Notes under the pieces: generated by a model
The model's database searches: none
Seen by the model: the letters and a program-made list of their open reading frames with translations, nothing else
Told to the model about the DNA's origin: nothing
Made by a program: the position numbers and the translations under genes
Source of the DNA: Candidatus Micrarchaeota archaeon
GTDB taxonomy: Archaea > Micrarchaeota > Micrarchaeia > Anstonellales > Bilamarchaeaceae
Length of the DNA stretch: 10,316 nucleotides
Direction: 5' to 3'
Assembly: GCA_016180665.1 (NCBI GenBank)
Contig: JACPAS010000046.1
Coordinates: 1 to 10,316 of the forward strand
Shown: positions 1 to 7,950 of the stretch, in pieces
How positions within the stretch are numbered: position 1 is the stretch's first letter
How the letters are laid out: each line of letters opens with the position of its first letter

Positions 1-1275
1 GGGCTTGTTATGGCAGCACTTAGTTTAGGGTATTATTTAGGTGGAAGATTTGGTGATAGGTATAAAGATATAACTTACTTGAGCACAATTTTTTACGGTG
101 CTGCAATTGCAACTGCAATTATCCCGTTGCTTGCAAACCTAATTTTGCCACTAACTTTATTTACTGATTTAATATTTGGCGGGCTTCTTGGAGGATTAAT
201 ATTGGTGCCAGCCAGTGTTTTCTACGGGCTAGTATCACCTTATATAATAAAGCTAGAACATGAAAATGGGAAAGAGGGGGAAGTCGCTGGGAAGATTTTT
301 GCATTTTCAACAGTTGGAAGTATTATAGGCGTATTTACAACTGGATTTATACTTATACCAAATATCCAGCTTACACATATTTTCATATTAGCTGGGGCAA
401 TTATGATTCTTGCTGCAACTGTTTTTCTTGGAAAAATAAATAGCTTGAAGTTCGGATTATTTCTTGTTGTATTAATATTTATGCTAAATCTTAATCCTGT
501 TTATAGTATCTACAACGGAAAAGTTGTTTTTGCAAAGAATAGTGAATACTACAACATCGCAGTTTTAGAGAATGTAGAATGGAATGGAAAAAAAGTAAAT
601 GCATTAATCCTGGATACGGAAATATCCAGTGGTTTGGATGAAAATAACCAGCTTATATTTCCAGTTTATAAAAAAATGGAAGAGATATATAGATCAGTAG
701 AAGAACCGAAAACAATATTGGTTCTGGGGGTTGGTGGGGGAACCCAGATCGAGAATATGAAAGTAATATTTCCAAAAGCCCAGATAGAAGGGGTGGAGAT
801 AGATAAAGAAGTCGTAGAAGTAGCAAAACATTATTTTGGTTTAAGGGAGGATAAAGGAACTGATATAATTGTAGATGATGCGAGAAGGTATCTTAAGCGC
901 AATACAAATAAAAAATATGATTTGATAGTTGTCGATGTATTTAGGAGTATTTCAATTCCGGCGCATCTTGCAAGCCGAGAGTTCGTGGCTGAGCTAAAGA
1001 GTCACCTAAATTATGGTGGAACAATTATAGTGAATACAATTTCAATTAGAGAGGATAGGATGACGCCTTTAACTCTAATCTATAATTCGTATAAGAAAGA
1101 GTTCGAATATAGTTACCTGGTCATGCTTGAGGAGGAGAAGGAAGTTTTGCAAAATAACATAATTATAGCTCGAAATGTTCCACTGGTTGGTAATTACACT
1201 GAGCATGATTTTTCTTATGATAAATTTGCTACTGATGAATGGAATCCAATAGAGATTTTGTCTAGGTCGAGATAA
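1..1275 (+). CDS. Polyamine aminopropyltransferase (spermidine-synthase-like) with fused N-terminal multi-helix membrane domain. It is 5'-truncated: the frame is open from nt 1.
   Basis: The N-terminal ~170 aa are hydrophobic helices. The C-terminal half carries a GxGxG methyltransferase-fold motif (ILVLGVGGGT) and a spermidine-synthase-like block (YDLIVVDVF...REFVAELKSHLNYGGTIIVN). Frame 1 has no stop upstream of M at nt 10, so the gene probably continues off the window. Confidence 0.75.
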   Translation, partial: GLVMAALSLGYYLGGRFGDRYKDITYLSTIFYGAAIATAIIPLLANLILPLTLFTDLIFGGLLGGLILVPASVFYGLVSPYIIKLEHENGKEGEVAGKIFAFSTVGSIIGVFTTGFILIPNIQLTHIFILAGAIMILAATVFLGKINSLKFGLFLVVLIFMLNLNPVYSIYNGKVVFAKNSEYYNIAVLENVEWNGKKVNALILDTEISSGLDENNQLIFPVYKKMEEIYRSVEEPKTILVLGVGGGTQIENMKVIFPKAQIEGVEIDKEVVEVAKHYFGLREDKGTDIIVDDARRYLKRNTNKKYDLIVVDVFRSISIPAHLASREFVAELKSHLNYGGTIIVNTISIREDRMTPLTLIYNSYKKEFEYSYLVMLEEEKEVLQNNIIIARNVPLVGNYTEHDFSYDKFATDEWNPIEILSRSR

Positions 1276-1286
1276 GGCATAAGAGG

Positions 1287-2189
1287 TTATTTTGTTAGGA
1301 TTTTAACATGATCTTCTTCTATTAGCACTGTATGTTCTGTTTGGGCTACTACGCCTCCGCTTTTTTCTCTTAGGACTGGGTATCCTTTGATTACTTGACT
1401 GGCTAGCATTTCACGCAACGCCGTATTGACTAATATCTTTGAGTTGAATTGTTTTCTTATCCATCGTTCTGCAAATGGAAGCATTCCGTAGTTATCAAGT
1501 GCATATTGCAAAATACGGCGGGATTGACGCATTCTTATCTGATTTGGTGCGTACAAGCCAAAAATTTCAACTTGTTCCATATCTGAGACATATCCTTCGC
1601 CAGTTGTTGCGAATGGTTCAACTGCAAATATTTCACCTACTTTTAATTGGTATGAATTTTTTGATCGAACATTTGGGATTTCCACACCTGCATGAAGGTC
1701 GTTTGTTTTTATTAGGTGACCAGTGAGATTGCTTATTGGGTTGAAACCATACGATTTGATCTTATCTTCTATTATGCCGCCTATGTCTCCAACCTTAATT
1801 CCTGCCTTCATAAAATTTATGGCAGACCCAAGCGCTTGTTCCGTTGATTCAATGAGTTTTTGCTTTTTTCCACTTAGATCCATGGAGTAAGCAGTATCTG
1901 CAAGGCCGCCGTTTAATTCAACGCCAATGTCAACCTTTATTAGATCAGATTCTTTGAGGAATAGATTACACTCTGATTCCGGTGTATAATGGGCTGCTAT
2001 TTCATTTATAGATAGATTAACTGGAAATGCGGGCTTTGCACCTTCTTCCATGATCATCTGCTCAATTGTTTCTGCAATGTCTAAAAGCGATTCATCAACA
2101 ATAATAAGACGCCTGCTCTCTTCTCGTATTTTTGAGCCAAGCTTGCCTGCTTCTATAAATTGATCTAAGGAGTCTTCCATAATTATCAT
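1287..2189 (-). CDS. map: Methionine aminopeptidase, type 2 (archaeal-type, ~300 aa)
   Basis: M24 peptidase pita-bread motifs are present: HYTP, DIGVELNGGLADTAYS (Asp metal ligands), TGHLI, FAVEPFATTGEG. The length and architecture match archaeal MAP2. Confidence 0.9.
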   Translation of the reverse strand: MIIMEDSLDQFIEAGKLGSKIREESRRLIIVDESLLDIAETIEQMIMEEGAKPAFPVNLSINEIAAHYTPESECNLFLKESDLIKVDIGVELNGGLADTAYSMDLSGKKQKLIESTEQALGSAINFMKAGIKVGDIGGIIEDKIKSYGFNPISNLTGHLIKTNDLHAGVEIPNVRSKNSYQLKVGEIFAVEPFATTGEGYVSDMEQVEIFGLYAPNQIRMRQSRRILQYALDNYGMLPFAERWIRKQFNSKILVNTALREMLASQVIKGYPVLREKSGGVVAQTEHTVLIEEDHVKILTK

Positions 2190-2256
2190 AATGAGGAGAA
2201 TAATTTATTATTCTAGTCTGTTTCAATTACTTCTTAAGAAAGGCACTAGGTTTACT

Positions 2257-2277
2257 GATGTGCGCAAAGCGCACATC
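2257..2277 (-). terminator. Perfect GC-rich hairpin (9-bp stem GATGTGCGC / GCGCACATC, 3-nt AAA loop) 8 nt downstream of the SPFH gene stop. Possibly a terminator or RNA-stability element.
   Basis: The inverted repeat is exact and seen directly. It lies in an otherwise AT-rich intergenic region between the SPFH gene 3' end and the map start. A short T-rich stretch follows on the minus strand. Confidence 0.3.
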
Positions 2278-2284
2278 CGGTGCG

Positions 2285-3169
2285 TCACTCTTTTTTTGGC
2301 TGCTTCTTTTCTGGAACGGGAATAATACCTGCAGTCTCCGAAATAATTGCAGAAAGGCTTGTACCTTCTGGAATTATGTATTTTGTATTTTGAGAAAGTG
2401 CCTTTTCAGCTACTTCTAATTTCTTTAAGGTTTGAGCATCTCCTTTGAAGTATTTTTGCGCTGCTTCGTTTACAAGTTGAATTGCCTTTGCTTCGGCTTG
2501 GGCTCTTAGTTCTATTGCTTTTGCCTCTCCTTCTGCAACTTTAACTGATGCTCTTTTCTCACCATCTGCTTTAGTTTCTGCTGCGGTTGCAAGATCTATC
2601 GCAGCACGTTTTTCATTCTCAGCCTTTACTACGTTGTTCATTGCTTCCTGAACATCTTCAGGGGGGTCTATTTTTTGCAGTTCTACCCGAATAACATCTA
2701 TTCCCCAGTTGCCCGTTTGTTCATCTAGATCTTTTTCTACGGTCTGATTTATGAGCTGTCTGTTTTCATTTGCTTCTGTTAGAGACATTTTGCCAATTGT
2801 TGCTCTCAAAGTAGTTTGAGCTAAAGATGGAATTGCAGTTTTATAATCTTGAATGTTGTAGAGGGCTTTAGTTACATCTTGAACTCTGTAATAAACAATT
2901 GCGTCTACTTCTGCGTTTAGATTATCTTTTGTGATTACGGTTTGCTTGTCTACGTCCACGCGGATTTCAGTTGTTGGGACATTTATAACAGTATCTACTA
3001 GGGGCACTATTAACAATAAACCAGGATCCGCAATGTGATGGAATTTTCCCAATCTTTCTACTACTCCTTTTTCTACTGGTCTGACTATCCTTATTGAAAG
3101 AATACCGAGAATGATTAGACCGATGATTAATATTGGTAAACATGCTTCTGAATATATATCAAATGCCAT
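2285..3169 (-). CDS. SPFH/band-7 (stomatin/prohibitin-like) membrane protein
   Basis: There is an N-terminal TM helix. The SPFH core (LLIVPLVDTVINVPTTEIRVDVDKQTVITKDNLNAEVDAIVYYRV) is followed by an Ala/Glu/Lys-rich coiled-coil tail, typical of archaeal/bacterial stomatin homologues. Confidence 0.9.
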   Translation of the reverse strand: MAFDIYSEACLPILIIGLIILGILSIRIVRPVEKGVVERLGKFHHIADPGLLLIVPLVDTVINVPTTEIRVDVDKQTVITKDNLNAEVDAIVYYRVQDVTKALYNIQDYKTAIPSLAQTTLRATIGKMSLTEANENRQLINQTVEKDLDEQTGNWGIDVIRVELQKIDPPEDVQEAMNNVVKAENEKRAAIDLATAAETKADGEKRASVKVAEGEAKAIELRAQAEAKAIQLVNEAAQKYFKGDAQTLKKLEVAEKALSQNTKYIIPEGTSLSAIISETAGIIPVPEKKQPKKE

Positions 3170-3231
3170 ATGTATGTATTTAAAGTGATAGAAATAAATA
3201 TGTTACTAGAAAGAGCCAAAAATGGATTAAT

Positions 3232-3873
3232 ATGATTTATATAACTGGGGCAACAGGCAGACTTGGCAAGGAAGTTTTAGAACTACTTCCAGATGCAGTT
3301 CCATTAGTTAGAAAAAAGGCTAATTTAAAAAACGAAATAATTACTGATTTTTCATCTGATCAATTGAAGAAAATATTCAAAGATGCGGAAGTGGTTATTC
3401 ATCTGGCAGCCTCCCTGGATTTTACACAACCGGAGAAAATGCGGGAAGCGAACGTTGAATTGAGCAGGAGAATTGTTGAAGCACTACCACCAAAAGCAAA
3501 AATAGTTTATGCAAGCAGTATTTCTGTTTATGGAAAGGAATTAGCGGAGATTCCAGCAAATGAAAAAACAGAATGCAAACCGGATACGGTTTATGCAAAA
3601 ACAAAATATGAAGCAGAGAAAATTGTTAGCGGATGGAAGAACAGTGTAAGCCTAAGAATAGGAGTTATTTACGGGAAACAATTTGAGGAATACCGAACAA
3701 TTTTAAAATTATTGAAAAAAGGCTGGCTTCCGATTATTGGTGATGGGAAAAACTACATTCCTTTTGTAGCAGTTGAGGATGTTGCACTTGTAGTTAAGAA
3801 CTCAATTGATGCAAAGCGCTACGTGGAAAATTGTTTGGGGTTAAACCTAAATTTACAAAGGAGCATATGTTGA
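3232..3873 (+). CDS. NAD-dependent epimerase/dehydratase (extended SDR), N-terminal 213-aa fragment; the gene is interrupted by a frameshift
   Basis: The Rossmann motif is IYITGATGRLGKEV and the catalytic YxxxK is YAKTK. The ORF stops prematurely at 3873. The expected C-terminal epimerase segment continues in another frame (next feature). Confidence 0.75.
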   Translation: MIYITGATGRLGKEVLELLPDAVPLVRKKANLKNEIITDFSSDQLKKIFKDAEVVIHLAASLDFTQPEKMREANVELSRRIVEALPPKAKIVYASSISVYGKELAEIPANEKTECKPDTVYAKTKYEAEKIVSGWKNSVSLRIGVIYGKQFEEYRTILKLLKKGWLPIIGDGKNYIPFVAVEDVALVVKNSIDAKRYVENCLGLNLNLQRSIC

Positions 3874-3998
3874 TTCTTGGAACTAATAGAGTTTTCAATT
3901 GTAATCTTGCAAAAAAGGAATTGGATTTTAAACCTAAAAACCTTAAGCAAGGGATTACTGAGGTAATTAGAAGCTTGAATTGGCCTGAGAAAAACTGA
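3810..3998 (+). pseudogene. C-terminal segment of the same epimerase/dehydratase, read in frame 3 (requires a -1 shift relative to the upstream part)
   Basis: Frame 3 reads ...GKLFGVKPKFTKEHMLILGTNRVFNCNLAKKELDFKPKNLKQGITEVIRSLNW*. This resembles the conserved C-terminal block of GalE-like epimerases (..KAK.ELGWKPK..LEEGL..T..W). The frame change occurs near an A4 run at 3827-3830. Confidence 0.5.
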
Positions 3999-4007
3999 AA
4001 TTGGAAA

Positions 4008-5354
4008 GTGGGAAATATGGAAATCGAAGTAAAATGGAAAGAACTACAAAAGATACTTCTTGACTCAGGACTTAAACCAAATCAGATTTATGCAATTAGA
4101 GAGGAAATTATAGGTGCAAATGGAGTTATCTCAGCTGAAAAAATAATAGAAATGCTTGAGGAATTCGGATTAAAGCACGCAAATATTATGGCGCTCCTTT
4201 CTAATATTGGGATTAAAGAAGGGCTAGAGTACACCTCACTCATAAAATTAGCTGGAACTTATGTGCAGTATGATTTGAGTGAATCAGAAGGGGTTAAACT
4301 AGTTCAAATGCTTATCAACGATGCAATAGCTAATGGTGTAGTTACACTTCCGCAAAGTGCGGAATTTATGGAAGGAATAGAAAAACTAGATGCGCATAGG
4401 CAAGGACTATTTTTAGAAGTAAATGGAAAATTAAACGAAGCAACTTTGACTGGAATAAGAGAAATTGAGAAAAAAATGAAAGCTAATAAGGGCGTATGGG
4501 CGGTCTACAAAAAACATGGGATAATGGCTGCACTGGACAATTATGCACCCAATACTTTCATACAATTGGCAGAGAGAATGCCGACTAAAAAATTATATGT
4601 TGTTGCCTTGGAGTTTCATAAGCTATCTGATGTCGTTGCTGGAACAAAAGAACCAATTTCTTTAAGAGCGTACATAAAAACTCCTGGAGCTAAACCAATA
4701 ATGAGTTATCCTTTTGATAATGATTTTAGAGGAACACCGCTTGTAGATGGTCAAGGTAAACCATTGTTGTGGAATAAAAACCGAGGATATGGCATCGTGC
4801 CATATCCTTATGATGAAACAGAAGAGGGGCAAAGAAGAAGAAAATCAGGACCGAATTTTATTTCAGGAGGGGATAAACCACACCTCTCAGTTGATTATAA
4901 TTTAAATAAATTTGGTGATAGTAAAGTGCCTGGTTTTGCACCTTTCGCAGCTTATGTGCTAAAAGTTAGAAGGTCGCCTCAATCAAAAAATGGGAGTTAT
5001 ATATCAATAAGAGGATTCGTAGAGAATAAGGAGAAACCTGGATTTTATGATGAGATTACACTCACTATCTACCACCTAGATAAAATACCTGAAAAGATAA
5101 AGATCGGCGATTTGGTAGATGCAGGCGCATTTTTAGGTTATGGATATCGGGCGCTCAATGATGAAGGGAAGGTAAAGGGAATCTACTTCTGTATGCAGAC
5201 TTCTATTAATGGGGAATACTCCCCAATAACCAAAGTTGTCGATCAGAAGAGAGCTTACATACCACTTGTGGATTTGAAGAAGATCCCGACAGAACTGCTT
5301 AACCCTGAATTAAAAGAAATGGCAAAGAGAGAAAGACAAAAGTTGTTACGTTAG
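4008..5354 (+). CDS. Hypothetical 448-aa soluble protein with a C-terminal divergent M23/LytM-like (lysostaphin-fold) domain
   Basis: There is no signal peptide or TM segment. Residues ~290-400 align motif-for-motif with M23 peptidases. HLSVD matches HxxxD. TIYHLDKIPEKIKIGDLVDAGAFLGYGY matches WYMHLSKYNVKVGDYVKAGQIIGWSGSTG of lysostaphin. The terminal HxH is replaced by YFC (IYFCMQTSINGE versus PHLHFQ..N). The N-terminal ~280 aa have no family I recognise. An alternative start is at 4017. Confidence 0.7.
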   Translation: MGNMEIEVKWKELQKILLDSGLKPNQIYAIREEIIGANGVISAEKIIEMLEEFGLKHANIMALLSNIGIKEGLEYTSLIKLAGTYVQYDLSESEGVKLVQMLINDAIANGVVTLPQSAEFMEGIEKLDAHRQGLFLEVNGKLNEATLTGIREIEKKMKANKGVWAVYKKHGIMAALDNYAPNTFIQLAERMPTKKLYVVALEFHKLSDVVAGTKEPISLRAYIKTPGAKPIMSYPFDNDFRGTPLVDGQGKPLLWNKNRGYGIVPYPYDETEEGQRRRKSGPNFISGGDKPHLSVDYNLNKFGDSKVPGFAPFAAYVLKVRRSPQSKNGSYISIRGFVENKEKPGFYDEITLTIYHLDKIPEKIKIGDLVDAGAFLGYGYRALNDEGKVKGIYFCMQTSINGEYSPITKVVDQKRAYIPLVDLKKIPTELLNPELKEMAKRERQKLLR

Positions 5355-6019
5355 AGGAGAGGCGTACCATATTTTTTCCTGTACTCTATGAATTGTTTAT
5401 ATAAGTCTGCGTCTACGTAAGTTTTTCCGCTTATAGAAGTATTTTTTAAATGTTCAAAAACATCTTTTATCTTAGTTATACTGTAAACTGGTACTCCAGT
5501 CTGCGCAGTGAACTCTTCAATTGCCCCATCTTTATTTCCTTTTTCCATCCGGTCTACTGCAATAACTATTGAAATGGAGTTAGCACGGAGGCCATTTTTT
5601 ATTTTTTCAATTGCTTCGACTTTTGTTCCGCCAGTGGTTAAAACATCATCCACTATTATCACACGTGCATTATGGTCTATTGAACCCCCAACGAATCCAC
5701 TAACATCCCCATGAATTTTCTTTTCTTTTCTGTCAAAAATCCAGGGCTTTATTATCTGGTGCTCTTTGAAAAGTGCAATTGAAATAGCGACAGCCAAAGG
5801 AATACCTTTGTATGCGGGGCCATAAATTGCATCGAAATTAGACTGGTAGGTTTCGTAGATTAATTTTGCATAATGACGGGCTAATTCGTAAGTTGTTTCT
5901 CCATCTGAGAGAACCCCTGTGTTTATGAAATAGGGTGAGAGGCGGCCACTTTTAAGGGTAAATTCACCAAATTTTATTGCACCGCTTTTTGCTAGGAATT
6001 CTATGAATTCAGTGTTCAT
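5351..6019 (-). CDS. pyrE: Orotate phosphoribosyltransferase
   Basis: The N-terminal OPRT signature is FGEFTLKSGRLSPYFIN. The PRPP-binding loop is VIIVDDVLTTGGT. The stop codon overlaps the stop of the convergent ORF at 5352-5354. Confidence 0.93.
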   Translation of the reverse strand: MNTEFIEFLAKSGAIKFGEFTLKSGRLSPYFINTGVLSDGETTYELARHYAKLIYETYQSNFDAIYGPAYKGIPLAVAISIALFKEHQIIKPWIFDRKEKKIHGDVSGFVGGSIDHNARVIIVDDVLTTGGTKVEAIEKIKNGLRANSISIVIAVDRMEKGNKDGAIEEFTAQTGVPVYSITKIKDVFEHLKNTSISGKTYVDADLYKQFIEYRKKYGTPLL

Positions 6020-6302
6020 ATTATTTGATTTAGAGGGAAAAACAAATAAGGTTAATTATTTTGGGTGATGATTTAAGATAGTTGTATTAACTGGAAAAAG
6101 ATAGGATTTAAAATGTTCATTGGGAAATTGTAGAATGAATAATTTGATGTTTAGAGGATGTGATCGATCTTATTCTAGTCCTAGTAAGGTTAAAAATGCC
6201 TTTAGAAGAATGCGAAATGTTGCTATAGAAGGTTTGAGAATATTAAAAGAAGATTTGTCAATTCCAAAAAGATCTGGTTTTGCTTATGCCACGGTTGGAA
6301 GC

Positions 6303-6608
6303 ATGGAGATACCAGAGAAGAAAGTTGAGGAGAAAAAGCCGAAGGCAATGAGAATGGATGCACTTGAATTGATAGGATATGCGGCAACCGCACTTTCCAG
6401 CATCCAATTAGCCCCCCAGGTATTCAAGGCATTCAAAACAAAAAGTACAAAAGATCTTAGTTGGGGCACCCTTGGGCTTATTGCAGGGGGGATTTGTCTA
6501 TGGACTGTCTATGTTATTGGACTAGGTAGTGGCCCACTTATCGTAAATCAGATTACTGTTGGAACTTGCACTGCCGCTCTTATTTATGCAAAATTAAAAT
6601 ACGGCTAG
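6303..6608 (+). CDS. PQ-loop / SemiSWEET-like small membrane transporter (3-TM unit). The start is uncertain: the longest ORF begins at 6120, and in-frame ATGs occur at 6303, 6348 and 6354.
   Basis: The C-terminal ~85 aa carry the SemiSWEET TM1 signature LAPQVFKAFKTKSTKDLS (PQ motif at 6414-6419) followed by two more hydrophobic helices. The 61-aa N-terminal extension of the long ORF is basic and Cys-containing and has no family resemblance, so an internal start is preferred. Confidence 0.65.
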   Translation: MEIPEKKVEEKKPKAMRMDALELIGYAATALSSIQLAPQVFKAFKTKSTKDLSWGTLGLIAGGICLWTVYVIGLGSGPLIVNQITVGTCTAALIYAKLKYG

Positions 6609-6614
6609 ATTAAT

Positions 6615-6622
6615 TTATATTT
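6615..6622 (+). promoter_or_regulatory. TATA-box-like element (TTTATATT) ~30 bp upstream of the neuB-like ATG
   Basis: An AT-rich octamer sits at the spacing expected for an archaeal TBP/TFB promoter driving a near-leaderless transcript. Confidence 0.35.
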
Positions 6623-6650
6623 TTAATCATAGAGATATAATCTGATTTTT

Positions 6651-7778
6651 ATGGTTAGTTCTAAGGTTAATGTTGGTAACCGAAAAATGGGGGATGGAGA
6701 ATCCGTATTCTTTATTGCTGAGATTGGAATAAATTTCGACGGGAAGAAGGATCGAGCAAAGAAATTAATTGACGTAGCTGCCGATGCGGGTTGTGATGCT
6801 GCAAAATTTCAGCTATTTAGCGCTGAGAAAATGTACGTTGATGAAAAATCGGCTGGCTATTACGAATTGATGGGTAAAAAGATTCCAATTGTGAAAATTG
6901 TAAAGGATGCTGAGCTTCCGGTAGAGTGGATACCAGAATTGATGGATTACTGCAAAGACCGTGGGATTATTTTCTTTTCTTCTGTTTTTGATGAAGGAGC
7001 CGCGGATGTGATGCAGCAATCAGATATGGAGCTATTTAAGATGGCTTCGTACGAATTGACGCACATTCCATTGTTTGATCATGTGGCCAGTAAAAAAATC
7101 CCCATTATTTTTTCTACTGGCGGTGGAAATATGAGTGACATTAATGACGCTGCTCAAACAATAAGAAAACATCATAACAATTTTGCGATTATGCAGTGTA
7201 TTGCGAATTACCCTGCAACGATGGAAAATGCAAATTTGGGTGCAGTTGAAACTTTGAAACGGGCGTTTGAGTGTCCAGTTGGATTTTCAGATAATGGGTT
7301 TAGAGCTAAAGATGGAAGGATTGATGATCATGTAATACCGGAGTTTGCTGCGAAGGCCGGAGCAGATTGTTTTGAGATTCACATTACTACTAATAGAAAA
7401 TTACCTGGCCCAGACCATGGATTTGCTACTGAACCTGATGAACTTAAGAAAATGGTGAAATTGATGCAGGGGATTAGAGAGAATTATAACACTGGAAAAA
7501 GATTTGAGATTCCACCTTTACTCTATGGAAGTACTGCAAGAAACACCTATAAGGTTGAGGAGTACGTGCGGAATTTTTGTTATAGGAAGATTTTTGCTGT
7601 TAAGAGTATCAAGGAAGGGGAGAAAATTAGAAATGAAGATATTGCTGTTTTGAGGCCTGGTGAATGTAAAGCTAAAGAAGCAATTGATCCTAAGTATTAT
7701 TGGCTAATTCTTGAGAAAGCACATGCGAGTAAGAGTATCAAAGCAGGGAGCCCACTAGTATGGGATAGCGTTCTCTGA
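6651..7778 (+). CDS. neuB: NeuB-family nonulosonic acid synthase (N-acetylneuraminate / pseudaminic / legionaminic acid synthase family) with C-terminal SAF domain
   Basis: The TIM-barrel motif FFIAEIGINFDG...AKFQ is present, and the metal-binding block EIHITTNRKLPGPDHGFATEPDEL matches HFTLD..LPGPDH..S..P.EL. The C-terminal SAF (antifreeze-like) domain is IKEGEKIRNEDIAVLRPG. An alternative start is at M13 (nt 6687). Confidence 0.9.
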   Translation: MVSSKVNVGNRKMGDGESVFFIAEIGINFDGKKDRAKKLIDVAADAGCDAAKFQLFSAEKMYVDEKSAGYYELMGKKIPIVKIVKDAELPVEWIPELMDYCKDRGIIFFSSVFDEGAADVMQQSDMELFKMASYELTHIPLFDHVASKKIPIIFSTGGGNMSDINDAAQTIRKHHNNFAIMQCIANYPATMENANLGAVETLKRAFECPVGFSDNGFRAKDGRIDDHVIPEFAAKAGADCFEIHITTNRKLPGPDHGFATEPDELKKMVKLMQGIRENYNTGKRFEIPPLLYGSTARNTYKVEEYVRNFCYRKIFAVKSIKEGEKIRNEDIAVLRPGECKAKEAIDPKYYWLILEKAHASKSIKAGSPLVWDSVL

Positions 7779-7779
7779 T

Positions 7780-7950
7780 CCTAGATCTGTTGTGACTATA
7801 GTTACATGCTTATTCCTTTAAACTTTACTTAGTATATATTAACACTGATTCTTGTGAACTACCCATGAATAAATTCATGGGCTTCCTGCTTCATAGGTAG
7901 AACTTCTGTTCTGTCTCCACAGGCATTACTTCCCCTTGATCCAAGGGTAG
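7780..7950 (-). ncRNA. Predicted TnpB-associated omega-RNA (right-end RNA) overlapping the tnpB 3' end and the IS right end. Coordinates are approximate.
   Basis: The only support is established TnpB biology: the guide-RNA scaffold is transcribed from the 3' end of tnpB through the RE. A perfect hairpin at 7862-7881 lies in this region. No direct RNA evidence is available from the sequence. Confidence 0.3.

Noticed and set aside
1475-1726. Antisense ORFs in the six-frame track (1475-1726, 3422-3604, 5508-5714, 6284-6469, 6813-7019, 8069-8416, 9248-9439, 9279-9500, 9883-10080)
   Set aside because: All lie entirely within and opposite to longer ORFs that have clear family signatures. Their translations are low-complexity or hydrophobic with no recognisable motifs, so they are shadow ORFs.
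5707-5718. Third occurrence of the 9-mer CCCATGAAT (same as one arm of the tnpB-end palindrome) inside pyrE
   Set aside because: There is no inverted partner. It encodes the conserved IHGD of OPRT in frame. A single 9-mer match in 10 kb of AT-rich DNA is within chance expectation.
6120-6302. 61-codon N-terminal extension of the SemiSWEET ORF as a genuine domain
   Set aside because: It has no resemblance to PQ-loop proteins or any other family. SemiSWEETs are ~85-105 aa. In-frame ATGs at 6303 and 6348 give canonical lengths. It is kept only as an alternative start.
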